Source: an uncultured delta proteobacterium (lineage in GTDB: Bacteria; Desulfobacterota; Binatia; UBA9968). From it: 64,000 nt of DNA. Positions within the stretch are counted from its first letter, which is position 1, and every line of letters begins with the position of its first letter. The notes under the pieces are model-generated. The model ran no database searches and was not told the origin of the DNA. It saw only the letters and a program-made list of their open reading frames with translations. Position numbers and translations under genes: made by a program. Positions 1-8,374 of the stretch are shown here, piece after piece. The stretch covers positions 1-64,000 of the forward strand of contig CAVWLW010000067.1 of assembly GCA_963755715.1 (NCBI GenBank). The letters are read 5' to 3'.

Positions 1-49
1 AAACGTTTATTTTGCTACTTGTAAGAGCTTGAGGTGAAGGCTGTATGAA

Positions 50-1768
50 ATGAAGCCCATAATACTGACAGTAGATGACGATCCAGGAGCATTGATAGCT
101 ATTAAAAGAGACTTAGAAAGACAATATGAAAAGCGTTTTCGAATAGTCGGTTCAGACTCGGGAGTAAAAGCTCTGGAATTAGTACAAAAATTAAAGGCAC
201 AAAATGAAGTTCTGGCGTTAGCCATAGCTGACCAAAGAATGCCTCTGATGACGGGTGTAGAATTTTTACAACATTTAACTAACATTTTTCCAGACGCAAA
301 GCGCGTGCTGCTTACAAATTATGCAGATAGAGAAGCAATTATGATGTCGATAAATAAGGTCAGGATTGACTATTATTTGGAAAAGCCATGGGAGCCACCT
401 GAAGTCAATCTCTATCCGCCCCTAAATGACCTACTGGATGACTGGTGGGCATGTTTCAAACCTCCGTTCGAAGGCATAAAGGTTATTGGGCCTAGATGGT
501 CACCGAGATCACATGAAATTACCGATTTTCTCGCGAGAAATGGAATAACGTTTCAATTTCTAGATATAGAGGTTAACGCAGAAGCTCATACTTTACTTTC
601 CTCTCTAATAGGATCTGATACTGCAGCTTCAACGGCCACAGATCCACAAGGGTTGATGCATTTTCCGTACGTAATTTTTCCCAACGGATCATACCTAGCT
701 GAACCGAATATTACAAAGATCGCTGAAAAAATTGGTTTAAAGACTCGGGCGCACATGGCCTTTTACGATTTGATTATTGTTGGTGCAGGTCCAGCCGGTT
801 TGGCTGCGGCAGTATATGGTGCCTCAGAAGGTCTCCATACGTTGGTAATAGAAAAGGAGGCTCCAGGTGGTCAAGCAGGCACCAGCCCAAATATCGAGAA
901 CTATCTAGGGTTTCCATCAGGCTTACCTGGTATTAGTCTTGCTAGACGGGCTGTAGCACAAGCGATTAAGTTTGGTGCTGAGATACTTGAGCCGCAGGAA
1001 GTTATAGGGATAAGAACTGACGGTCAATATCGAATAGCTAGATTGACTGATGGAACTGAAATAAGATGTAATGTAATGTTAATTGCTTGTGGTGTGACTT
1101 ACCGCAAACTCCAAGGAGTGAATGGAATTGACAGACTGTCGGGGGCCGGCGTCTATTATGGGGCTTCCTTGGTGGATGCATTAGACTATAGAGAGAAGGA
1201 TGTCTATATCGTTGGAGGTGGCAATTCAGCAGGACAGGCAGCAATCTTTTTTGCAAAATATGCTAGGACAGTAACACTTGTGGTCCGCGATAGTTCCTTA
1301 CTCCAAAAAATGTCACAGTACCTTGTGCATCAAATAGAAGAAACAGAAAATATTAAGGTTTTATTAAATTCAGTAGTAAGCGAGTTACGGGGAGAGCGTA
1401 TGCTTGAGGGCCTAACAGTAACTAATAGAAAAACAAACGAGCAGCAAGTATTTACAGCAGATGGTCTCTTGATTTTCATTGGCGCTGTACCACATACTGA
1501 ATGGCTTGCTGAAAGCTTAAATTTAGACACACATGGGTTTATAGTGACTGGTTCTGACTTGCTTCAGGATAGCCATACAACAGCAGACGCCTGGACTCTG
1601 GACAGGCAACCTTTTCTCCTCGAGACTATTATTCCGGGAATATTTGCGGCTGGAGATGTCCGACATGGTTCCGTAAAAAGGATCGCTGCAGGAGTTGGCG
1701 AAGGCTCCATGGCTATACAACTGATTCAGGACTACTTAAGGAAGGGTGATTCATATTCTCCTTCCTAA
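50..1768 (+). CDS. Response-regulator receiver / glutaredoxin-like / thioredoxin-reductase-like FAD oxidoreductase fusion
   Basis: Receiver motifs VDDD, ADQRMP, KPW; FAD GAGPAG; NADPH GGGNSAG; C-terminal GIFAAGD; redox CXXC site replaced by GVYYGASLVDA. Confidence 0.9.
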   Translation: MKPIILTVDDDPGALIAIKRDLERQYEKRFRIVGSDSGVKALELVQKLKAQNEVLALAIADQRMPLMTGVEFLQHLTNIFPDAKRVLLTNYADREAIMMSINKVRIDYYLEKPWEPPEVNLYPPLNDLLDDWWACFKPPFEGIKVIGPRWSPRSHEITDFLARNGITFQFLDIEVNAEAHTLLSSLIGSDTAASTATDPQGLMHFPYVIFPNGSYLAEPNITKIAEKIGLKTRAHMAFYDLIIVGAGPAGLAAAVYGASEGLHTLVIEKEAPGGQAGTSPNIENYLGFPSGLPGISLARRAVAQAIKFGAEILEPQEVIGIRTDGQYRIARLTDGTEIRCNVMLIACGVTYRKLQGVNGIDRLSGAGVYYGASLVDALDYREKDVYIVGGGNSAGQAAIFFAKYARTVTLVVRDSSLLQKMSQYLVHQIEETENIKVLLNSVVSELRGERMLEGLTVTNRKTNEQQVFTADGLLIFIGAVPHTEWLAESLNLDTHGFIVTGSDLLQDSHTTADAWTLDRQPFLLETIIPGIFAAGDVRHGSVKRIAAGVGEGSMAIQLIQDYLRKGDSYSPS

Positions 1769-1973
1769 CTCAATTGAATAAGGAAGATAAGAAACCATAA
1801 GGTGCGGAGACCAATCACGGATGGTGTGAATTATAGGCTATATCAGGAATTCGATCTTAATTTGGAGCAAATCCAAGAAAAATCGGTTACACGATTATAT
1901 CACACAAGGTTTCAGAATCGTCTTACTTACCTTTCCATCTTACCTTTTATTACTGATAGTTCTTTGAGAAATA

Positions 1974-2246
1974 ATGATGAGAAAAGAAATCATCTTTATT
2001 TTTCCTATCTTGGCAGCTGTCATTTCTGCGTTAACTGCTGCAATTGGCGTAACCTCAGTTGACGCACAGAATCTGACTGGGAACGAAACAGGAGGAAATA
2101 TGACAGGAGGAAATATGACAGGAGGAAATATGACAGGAGTCACTGTGTCAGGAGTAATAAACATGACAAATTTCACGGTGAGTGGAAATATGACTGGTAC
2201 GTCGTTGAATTTGACCACGCCGACAACACCATCCCCAACACAATAG
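1974..2246 (+). CDS. Small secreted putative glycoprotein with GGNMT repeats
   Basis: Basic then hydrophobic signal peptide ending VDA-Q; mature part Thr/Gly/Asn-rich with nine N-X-T sequons. Confidence 0.75.
   Translation: MMRKEIIFIFPILAAVISALTAAIGVTSVDAQNLTGNETGGNMTGGNMTGGNMTGVTVSGVINMTNFTVSGNMTGTSLNLTTPTTPSPTQ
2088..2139 (+). repeat. 15-bp coding tandem repeat (ACAGGAGGAAATATG x3.5)
   Basis: Three perfect units plus a partial unit, encoding TGGNM. Confidence 0.95.
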
Positions 2247-2274
2247 TTCGTAAACAGTAAACCAGTCCTTCAAA

Positions 2275-2297
2275 TTCCTTTTTTACTTCACTTTGTT
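2275..2297 (+). terminator. Possible archaeal oligo-T terminator
   Basis: Pyrimidine/T tract ttccttttttacttcactttgtt ~30 bp after the stop at 2246. Confidence 0.35.
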
Positions 2298-2521
2298 CTG
2301 TACATACCTAAATTTTCTGCTCCATTTGAAAGTGTAGAAATAGTGCCTTATCTAAAGACAATACATAGATAATTGATATAAACTTCTTGACATAAATAGC
2401 AGATATTATTATTAACCCGTCTTAAGGCACTGTGACTCCCTACCAACTATCGTTCCATCATGAAGTAAAGTGGTAGCATTGTTTATTTCCTTTCGCCCCC
2501 TCGTATACATTTAGGGAAAGA

Positions 2522-2585
2522 CTAGGTTACCTACTAAGTTGTAAATTACTACGTACTTAAAATAAGATGCCTTCGTATCTTATTT
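2522..2585 (+). promoter_or_regulatory. Duplicated promoter/operator element, copy 1 (upstream of SnoaL gene)
   Basis: 58 bp identical to 3252-3309 except 3 positions; TATA-like cttaaaat at 2556-2563; inverted repeat aaataagat...atcttattt at 2560-2585. Confidence 0.8.
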
Positions 2586-2587
2586 AA

Positions 2588-3007
2588 ATGGCAACTAGCA
2601 ATGACAACCTCTTAAAACAATGGATAGAAGCGGAAAACGCCCGTGATGTTGAAAAAGTGCTCACACTTTTAACGGACGATATAGTGATCGAAGATGTGAC
2701 ATTTGGACTCGTCATGAAAGGAAAAGATGACTTTAAGCAATTTTATCCCACTTTTATCACGGCAGCTCCAGATTTCAAGCTAGAGCCAAAAGCTTGGGTC
2801 ACTGACGATAAGTCATTTGCTATGGAAATAGTGTACTCAGGTACACAGAAGGGAGACTTTCCCGGTCTGCCAGCAACAGGTAAGCGCTTCTCCGTTAGGA
2901 CGTGTAGCTTTGGAGAATTTGAAAACGGCAAGATAAAAGGAAGAAGAGATTACTGGGACATGGTAACCTTGAGAGAACAGCTGCTAGGAAAGCAAGACAA
3001 TTCGTGA
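2588..3007 (+). CDS. SnoaL-like / NTF2-fold ester cyclase family protein
   Basis: GTQKGDFPGLPATGKRF and ENGKIKGRRDYWD motifs; 139 aa. Confidence 0.88.
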   Translation: MATSNDNLLKQWIEAENARDVEKVLTLLTDDIVIEDVTFGLVMKGKDDFKQFYPTFITAAPDFKLEPKAWVTDDKSFAMEIVYSGTQKGDFPGLPATGKRFSVRTCSFGEFENGKIKGRRDYWDMVTLREQLLGKQDNS

Positions 3008-3251
3008 AGGCGAATACGAATTAGAGAATTACCTGAGACCTTCAACTGGCAGGTAGAGATTGATTCATTACGACAAGATATATCACTAAAGTGATTGTTA
3101 CGATAGTGGCTATTATGGCGGCAACCAGAAATTTTAGTTTCACGGACTATGCTTCATTATTCCACTAGATTAGGTTTCTGTAAGATGTTTAGATTTTCAA
3201 GATAACTCCCCTCTTGGCCGGTACGATGCCCGATGTTAATTCGAGTATTAT

Positions 3252-3309
3252 CTAAGTTACCTACTAAGTTATAAATTACTACCTACTTAAAATAAGATGC
3301 CTTCGTATC
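3252..3309 (+). promoter_or_regulatory. Duplicated promoter/operator element, copy 2 (upstream of MDR reductase)
   Basis: Near-identical to 2522-2579; TATA-like cttaaaat at 3286-3293; ATG at 3324. Confidence 0.8.
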
Positions 3310-3323
3310 GACTTATATCAACA

Positions 3324-4262
3324 ATGAAATCTGCTCAAATCAATAAATACGGAAGTAGCGAAGTTATCAAGATTAATCAAAATACACCTGAACCAACTGT
3401 ATCTCCTGGAAAAGTTCTAGTCACCATAAAAGCAGCAGGGGTAAATCCAGCAGATTGGAAAATTCGTGAAGGGGGTATGCAGCAATTGATACCACTTCAA
3501 TTCCCATCAACCTTGGGGATGGATTTTTCGGGGGTTATTAAACAAGTAGGAGAAGGAGTCTCTCCTCCCGATTTTAAGCAAGGAGATGAGGTATACGGAC
3601 AGGCCGGTGTAATAAGTGGCGGATCGGGTGCATTTGCAGAAATGGCATTAGCAAGCGTGAAAAGTATCGCAAATAAACCTAAGTTAGACTATCCTGAAGC
3701 GGCAGGCTTACCAACTGTGGGCGTTGCTACTTGGCAAGCACTCAAGGAAAATATCGAATTATCAAAAGGTCAAAAAATTCTAATTCATGGCGGCGCAGGA
3801 GGCATAGGATCAATGGCTATTCAACTTGCCAAGTACTTGGGAGCATACGTCGCGACGACTGTAAGTGCGAATGATAAGCCGTTTGTCCAAGAATTAGGTG
3901 CAGATGTAGTAATAGACTACAGAACCCAAACCTTTGAAGACCTGCTGCAAAATTATGATGCGGTTTTTGATACTGTAGGCGGTGACACGTACAGAAGATC
4001 TTTCAAAGTTTTGAAGAAAGGCGGCGTAATTGTTTCGATGCTAGAGCAGCCCAATTCAGAGCTAATGAATCAATACGGCGTCAAAGCCATATTCCAATTC
4101 ACACAAGCCGATAGAGAACGGTTGACAAAAGTGGCACAATGGGTAGATGAAAATAATATAAGGTTGAATATAGAGAAGAAGTTTTCATTGGATGAAACGG
4201 GTGATGCACTTGATTACCAAAGGGATGTACATCCTAGAGGCAAAGTGGTCTTGGCTATGTAA
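3324..4262 (+). CDS. NADP-dependent oxidoreductase, MDR/quinone oxidoreductase family (non-zinc)
   Basis: AAGVNPADWK, LGMDFSG, ILIHGGAGGIG, RGKVVL motifs; start moved to MKSAQ because the upstream ATG lies inside the promoter repeat. Confidence 0.9.
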   Translation: MKSAQINKYGSSEVIKINQNTPEPTVSPGKVLVTIKAAGVNPADWKIREGGMQQLIPLQFPSTLGMDFSGVIKQVGEGVSPPDFKQGDEVYGQAGVISGGSGAFAEMALASVKSIANKPKLDYPEAAGLPTVGVATWQALKENIELSKGQKILIHGGAGGIGSMAIQLAKYLGAYVATTVSANDKPFVQELGADVVIDYRTQTFEDLLQNYDAVFDTVGGDTYRRSFKVLKKGGVIVSMLEQPNSELMNQYGVKAIFQFTQADRERLTKVAQWVDENNIRLNIEKKFSLDETGDALDYQRDVHPRGKVVLAM

Positions 4263-4614
4263 ATCGTAATTGCTCATAAGTTCAAGAATTCTTTGTGCCG
4301 TCAGAGTATAAAATCGGAGAGCATTGTAATTTGTTGCTACCGCATAAAGGACATATCATCTAGGAACAAGCAACGGGAGATGATAGGACAGTTTGCAAAA
4401 GGATTTTCAAAAGAATATTATACTCTGTGCAGACGTGGCCCTTCTAACATCAAGCCTTCCTGCGATGGTGTAGAACAATTCATTTTAAGGATGGCGAAAA
4501 TTAATTGAAATCGGTACCATGTCTTTTAATGATAAGCCAATTTGATGGAGCATTTGGGAAAATTGGTAAGAAGCGACCATCAGGCTACTTTGCAAATTGT
4601 CCGTCTGTTTGCTA

Positions 4615-5052
4615 TTAATCCTGTATACTTGTATAACTCAAGTTAAAGTTTCCATCTTTTAGATTTGTTGGCCCACCATCAACTACATGCCAGGTTTCAA
4701 CCATTTTTCCGTTTTGAATTCGGTATATACTTATTCCTCTGTAATTAATTTTCTTCAAAGTTTGAGCAGGGGTTGCTTTTGGCGTCAATGTTCCTTTCCA
4801 ATAGGCACCCACGAGGTCTGGATAATTTGGTGATGCAATTAATTCTTCAATGAAATAACTGAGTTCATCTAATTTATCCAATGAATATTTGAGGTCATTC
4901 TTTGCTCCCGCAACTCCTAATCCTGGAGCGCCCATATAGGCAGACTGGCCGTGGTCTATGTAATCGGGAGAAATTATTTCATCAAATATCGCTTCATTTT
5001 TGTTATTGTATGCTTCAAAATAGCGTTGAATAATTCCCTTATTGATTTCCAC
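4615..5052 (-). CDS. SnoaL-like ester cyclase family protein, probably 5'-truncated at the junction
   Basis: NKGIIQRYFEAYN, SPDYIDH, GISIYRIQNGKMVETW; no native upstream region before GC-rich DNA begins. Confidence 0.8.
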   Translation of the reverse strand: MEINKGIIQRYFEAYNNKNEAIFDEIISPDYIDHGQSAYMGAPGLGVAGAKNDLKYSLDKLDELSYFIEELIASPNYPDLVGAYWKGTLTPKATPAQTLKKINYRGISIYRIQNGKMVETWHVVDGGPTNLKDGNFNLSYTSIQD

Positions 5053-5091
5053 TTGTGTAAATTCACGAAGCGTTTCACGACCGACCTCTGA

Positions 5092-6246
5092 TCAGCTCAC
5101 CTGAAATTCACCGGGCACGGGGCTGAGCATTTCGTTTTTTGCCGGATCGCGGATGATTCCCACCGGATCTTTACCATTCTCTACCGCTTCGATGCATTGT
5201 TTGAACATGCGCCGAAGAACGATCACGCCTTCGTCCGACACGCCGAGATGTTCGCCACTGCGGTCGAAAACCGGCCCCTGGCTTTCCTGAGCGCAACGAT
5301 CCTGGTCGCCGCGCGCGATCCAGCCGGTCTCTTCGTCCCAGCGATATTTGCCCGGTGTGCTATCGCCCAAGCCCTGGTCCGACTGGTCCTTGGGCATTTT
5401 CGCAGTCATTTTGCCGTCGACGATCGGCGCGAAGTAGAGCGTGAAGTGCATCGTATTCGTATCATCGATGGGCACGCGCCAGCGCAGCGCCTCGTAACCT
5501 TCGTGGGTGGCGGCGAAGGCGGCTGGATGTTCTTCGTTCAAGTGATAGCCGACTTTGTTCATGTTCGGCATCAAGAAATGACTGACCGTCATGAACGAAC
5601 CTTCGGGCACAGTGCGGGTGAAGGTGTCGCGGATGCCGAACTCGGTAATTTCGGAAGTGAGTTTCTCGTCGCTCCAAGCGCGGGTCTTAGGCGTGCGATG
5701 AAGCCATTTAAAATGATGCTGGTCGACGCTGTTTTCGACCGTCTGCAGATAGTTGCAGTGAATCACTCTCGCAGCGAGGGAGCGTACGCCGTCTGCGCGG
5801 ATCAAAACATCCCAGCGCGGCAAGAGCGGCGCAGGCTCCGGGCCGATGTAGGCGAAAATAATTCCGGCCGCCTCCTGCGCCTTGTAAGCCTTCTGGCGTA
5901 TACGATCTTTGAACGTGCTCTCCGCCGGCTCGCCGGGCATCTGCAAGATCTTTCCCTCGACGTCGTAGAGCCAGCCGTGATAGCAGCAGCGCAAACCGCC
6001 GTCTTCGATATGGCCGAATTCCAGTGACGTGCCGCGATGGGAGCAGCGCAGCGCGAGAAGTCCGACCCGGCCCTGATCATCGCGAAAAACGACCAAGTCT
6101 TCGCCCAGCAAGCGACGGCGAAGCGGCCGACCTTTGAGCTCGGCGCTGAGGCCGATGGGATGCCAATAGCGGCGCATCATTTCGCCGCAGGGCGTGCCCG
6201 GACCGACGTGGGTGATCAGTTCGTTTTCTTCAACGCTAAGAGCCAT
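5092..6246 (-). CDS. Rieske non-heme iron oxygenase alpha subunit (phthalate dioxygenase/LigX-like group)
   Basis: VGPGTPCGEMMRRYWHP, Rieske CSH...CCYH, iron-binding ENSVDQHHFKWLH. Confidence 0.92.
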   Translation of the reverse strand: MALSVEENELITHVGPGTPCGEMMRRYWHPIGLSAELKGRPLRRRLLGEDLVVFRDDQGRVGLLALRCSHRGTSLEFGHIEDGGLRCCYHGWLYDVEGKILQMPGEPAESTFKDRIRQKAYKAQEAAGIIFAYIGPEPAPLLPRWDVLIRADGVRSLAARVIHCNYLQTVENSVDQHHFKWLHRTPKTRAWSDEKLTSEITEFGIRDTFTRTVPEGSFMTVSHFLMPNMNKVGYHLNEEHPAAFAATHEGYEALRWRVPIDDTNTMHFTLYFAPIVDGKMTAKMPKDQSDQGLGDSTPGKYRWDEETGWIARGDQDRCAQESQGPVFDRSGEHLGVSDEGVIVLRRMFKQCIEAVENGKDPVGIIRDPAKNEMLSPVPGEFQVS

Positions 6247-6329
6247 TGGGAGTCTCCTGGATTAAAGCACTAAAGTCGCGCGTGATGCGCTATTGAGCCA
6301 GATATATTCGAGCAATGAGCAGGGTGTCA

Positions 6330-6403
6330 AGATTTCTCACTGCGTTCGAAATGACAACGATCGCTCATAGTGCGTCATTCCCGCATGTTTTTAGCGGGAA
6401 TCC
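6330..6403. repeat. CGTC/TGTC-tagged REP-like palindrome pair
   Basis: agatttctcactgcgttcgaaatgaca (reverse orientation, TGTC tag) and cgtcattcccgc...gcgggaatcc hairpin. Confidence 0.7.
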
Positions 6404-6483
6404 AGGCGAACTCCGATTGGTGCTTGAAAGCCCGTTGGCGCTCCGCGCGCTCGACGCGGCTCCATTCGAAGATCACCGATATT

Positions 6484-7245
6484 TTAACGGATTCCCTTGC
6501 GCTCTAGAAATGCTTTGAAACCTTCACGCGGCGAGTTGGCTTTGAGTTTGTTCTTGCGCGCGTTTTGCTCGGCGTCGAAGCGTTCGCGCCATGCCATGCC
6601 GACGCCGTCATCGAGGAGCCGCTTGATTCCCTGCACCATGCGCGGATCGTTTTCGCTGATCTGTTTGGCCATTTCTAGCGCGGCGCTGCGCAACTGCGCG
6701 GACGGCACGACTTGATTCAGCAAGCCGATGCGCTCGGCTTCCTCCGCTTTGACCGGCCGTCCGGTGTAAAGCAGCTCTTTCGCCTTGGGCATGCCGACGA
6801 CCAGCGGCAAAGACCAAGTCGAGTTCGCCCGTCCATACTTGGCGGCGAGGAACTGGATTTCGGTGTGTTCGCAGCCGATGCGAATGTCCAGCATGGTCGT
6901 CAACTGTGCGCCCGCGCCGTAGGCCAGGCCGTTGATCGCGCCGATGATCGGTTTGGCAAACGTCGCGAGATGCCAGTTCGCTTCGCGACGGATATCGGTT
7001 CGCGCGGCCATCTCCTCGGGCGTGGATTTCACCATCTGCATGATGTCGCCGCCGGCGGAAAACGCGCGCGGGCCGGCGCCGGTGAGAATCACGACGTGAA
7101 CGTCGTCATCGTTTTCAATCTTGGCGAGTTCTTCGTCCAGCTCGCAAGCGAGCTCATAACTCAGGGCGTTTAGTTTTTCCGGGCGGTTCAGCGTGATGAT
7201 GGCAACTTTTTCGACCCGTTCGGCGAGAATGTTTTGATAGCTCAT
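6484..7245 (-). CDS. Enoyl-CoA hydratase/isomerase (crotonase) superfamily protein
   Basis: ITLNRPEKLNAL, AFSAGGDI, KPIIGAING, AERIGLLN; RBS GAGGAG upstream of ATG 7245. Confidence 0.9.
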   Translation of the reverse strand: MSYQNILAERVEKVAIITLNRPEKLNALSYELACELDEELAKIENDDDVHVVILTGAGPRAFSAGGDIMQMVKSTPEEMAARTDIRREANWHLATFAKPIIGAINGLAYGAGAQLTTMLDIRIGCEHTEIQFLAAKYGRANSTWSLPLVVGMPKAKELLYTGRPVKAEEAERIGLLNQVVPSAQLRSAALEMAKQISENDPRMVQGIKRLLDDGVGMAWRERFDAEQNARKNKLKANSPREGFKAFLERKGIR

Positions 7246-7348
7246 GTGACTTCTCCTCTGATCCACCGCGCATTACAACAGAAAGGCGAGCACCGTGCAA
7301 ATTAACGCGATGTCAGCGATGACAATGACGGGAAAGAAGTCAGCGCGT

Positions 7349-7416
7349 GTAGGGGCAACCCCGTGGTTGCCCGTTCGAGGGGTTCGAAGAGGGCAGGCAC
7401 GGCGGCCTGCCCCTAC
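7349..7416. repeat. GTAG-tagged REP inverted doublet (REPIN-like)
   Basis: GTAGGGGCAACCCCGTGGTTGCCC (7349-7372) and GGGCAGGCACGGCGGCCTGCCCCTAC (7391-7416). Confidence 0.8.
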
Positions 7417-7418
7417 CT

Positions 7419-8198
7419 TCAGGTCCGATACGGCTCGTAGACCACCGCCTGTTTGATGGCGGCGTCGATTTGCGTGGCCATCGGGTTGCGAATTTCTTCG
7501 GCGATATGGCCGATGGCGCCGAGGGTTCGGCCGATCAGAGCGAAAGCCTTGGTGATCTGCCAAGGATAACCCAGGTCGAGCGCGATGGCGGCGATGGCGC
7601 CGGTGACATTTACCGGGATCAAGCGTTTGCGCCTCTCGCTCGAGAGTTTCGACAGGTGCTGAATCAGCTCGCAGTACTTTCCATAGACACCGGTGTCTTT
7701 GGCGATATTGAACAACGTCTCGGCGCGCGGGTCGCCTTCGGCGTGAGTGCGATGGCCGATGCCGGGCATGCGCTGTTTGCGCGCGCTGTAGTCGTCGATG
7801 ATTTTGGTCGCGATCTCGTCGTATGCGGGATTCTGCGTGTCGGCGGGCAGGACGTCGATCAACATTTTTGCCGACCATTCCGACGATCCCAGATGGACGC
7901 TGCCGGCGCCGCACAGCGCCGCGGCGACCGCGGCTTGCATCGCTTCCGGCGCGCAGTGATAAATCAAACGCGCGGCGATGACATGGGACACCATGCCATG
8001 CTCGACCAGTATGATCATCAGCGCGTCGAGCATCTTCGCTTCGTTGGCGGTCGGCAAACGGCCGCGTAAGATCAGCGAGGTCATATCCGTGAAGGTGATC
8101 TTGCCGACTAAGTCTTTGTTGAGGTCATAGCCGCGCACGAGAATTCGATGCAGCTCCGCTTGGCCGATGCCTGTGACGATTTTTGCTTGTTCCGCCAT
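7419..8198 (-). CDS. Citryl-CoA lyase-like protein (citrate synthase family)
   Basis: ILVRGYDL, LVEHG, MPGIGHR, GDPRA, GHIAEE; RBS GGAGG before ATG 8198. Confidence 0.85.
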   Translation of the reverse strand: MAEQAKIVTGIGQAELHRILVRGYDLNKDLVGKITFTDMTSLILRGRLPTANEAKMLDALMIILVEHGMVSHVIAARLIYHCAPEAMQAAVAAALCGAGSVHLGSSEWSAKMLIDVLPADTQNPAYDEIATKIIDDYSARKQRMPGIGHRTHAEGDPRAETLFNIAKDTGVYGKYCELIQHLSKLSSERRKRLIPVNVTGAIAAIALDLGYPWQITKAFALIGRTLGAIGHIAEEIRNPMATQIDAAIKQAVVYEPYRT

Positions 8199-8374
8199 CT
8201 GTGATTCCTCCAAGAAAAAAATTTATGCGACTTCGATACTAAGCCAGGCTCTTAGCGATCGTCAAATGGCGACCTATCGGTCGGTTTATTTCCGCAGCTA
8301 TTTGTGAATAATATGTTCGCAAGCTTCGAAATTCTAACCGCTAACCGAGCGCGAGCGAGGTAACGCATAGGACG

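Larger units (their letters stand above)
1..5060. other. AT-rich segment, probably archaeal (Nitrososphaeraceae-like), abutting unrelated GC-rich bacterial DNA
   Basis: Abrupt composition and codon-usage change at ~5060; AGA/ATA-rich codons; TATA-like boxes ~30 bp before start codons; GGNMT-repeat secreted protein typical of soil Thaumarchaeota. Confidence 0.75.

Noticed and set aside
2088-3309. CRISPR array from the 15-bp or 58-bp repeats
   Set aside because: The first is a spacerless coding tandem repeat; the second has two copies separated by a whole gene; no cas genes.
3297-3323. Track start for the MDR reductase
   Set aside because: This ATG lies inside the duplicated promoter element; MKSAQ at 3324 matches the family N-terminus.
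4293-4508. 71-aa ORF between convergent genes
   Set aside because: TTG start, no motif or promoter evidence; cannot be supported.
1-5095. Archaea-to-bacteria horizontal transfer island
   Set aside because: No mobility signatures and a gene appears cut at the junction; treated as a probable assembly or concatenation boundary.
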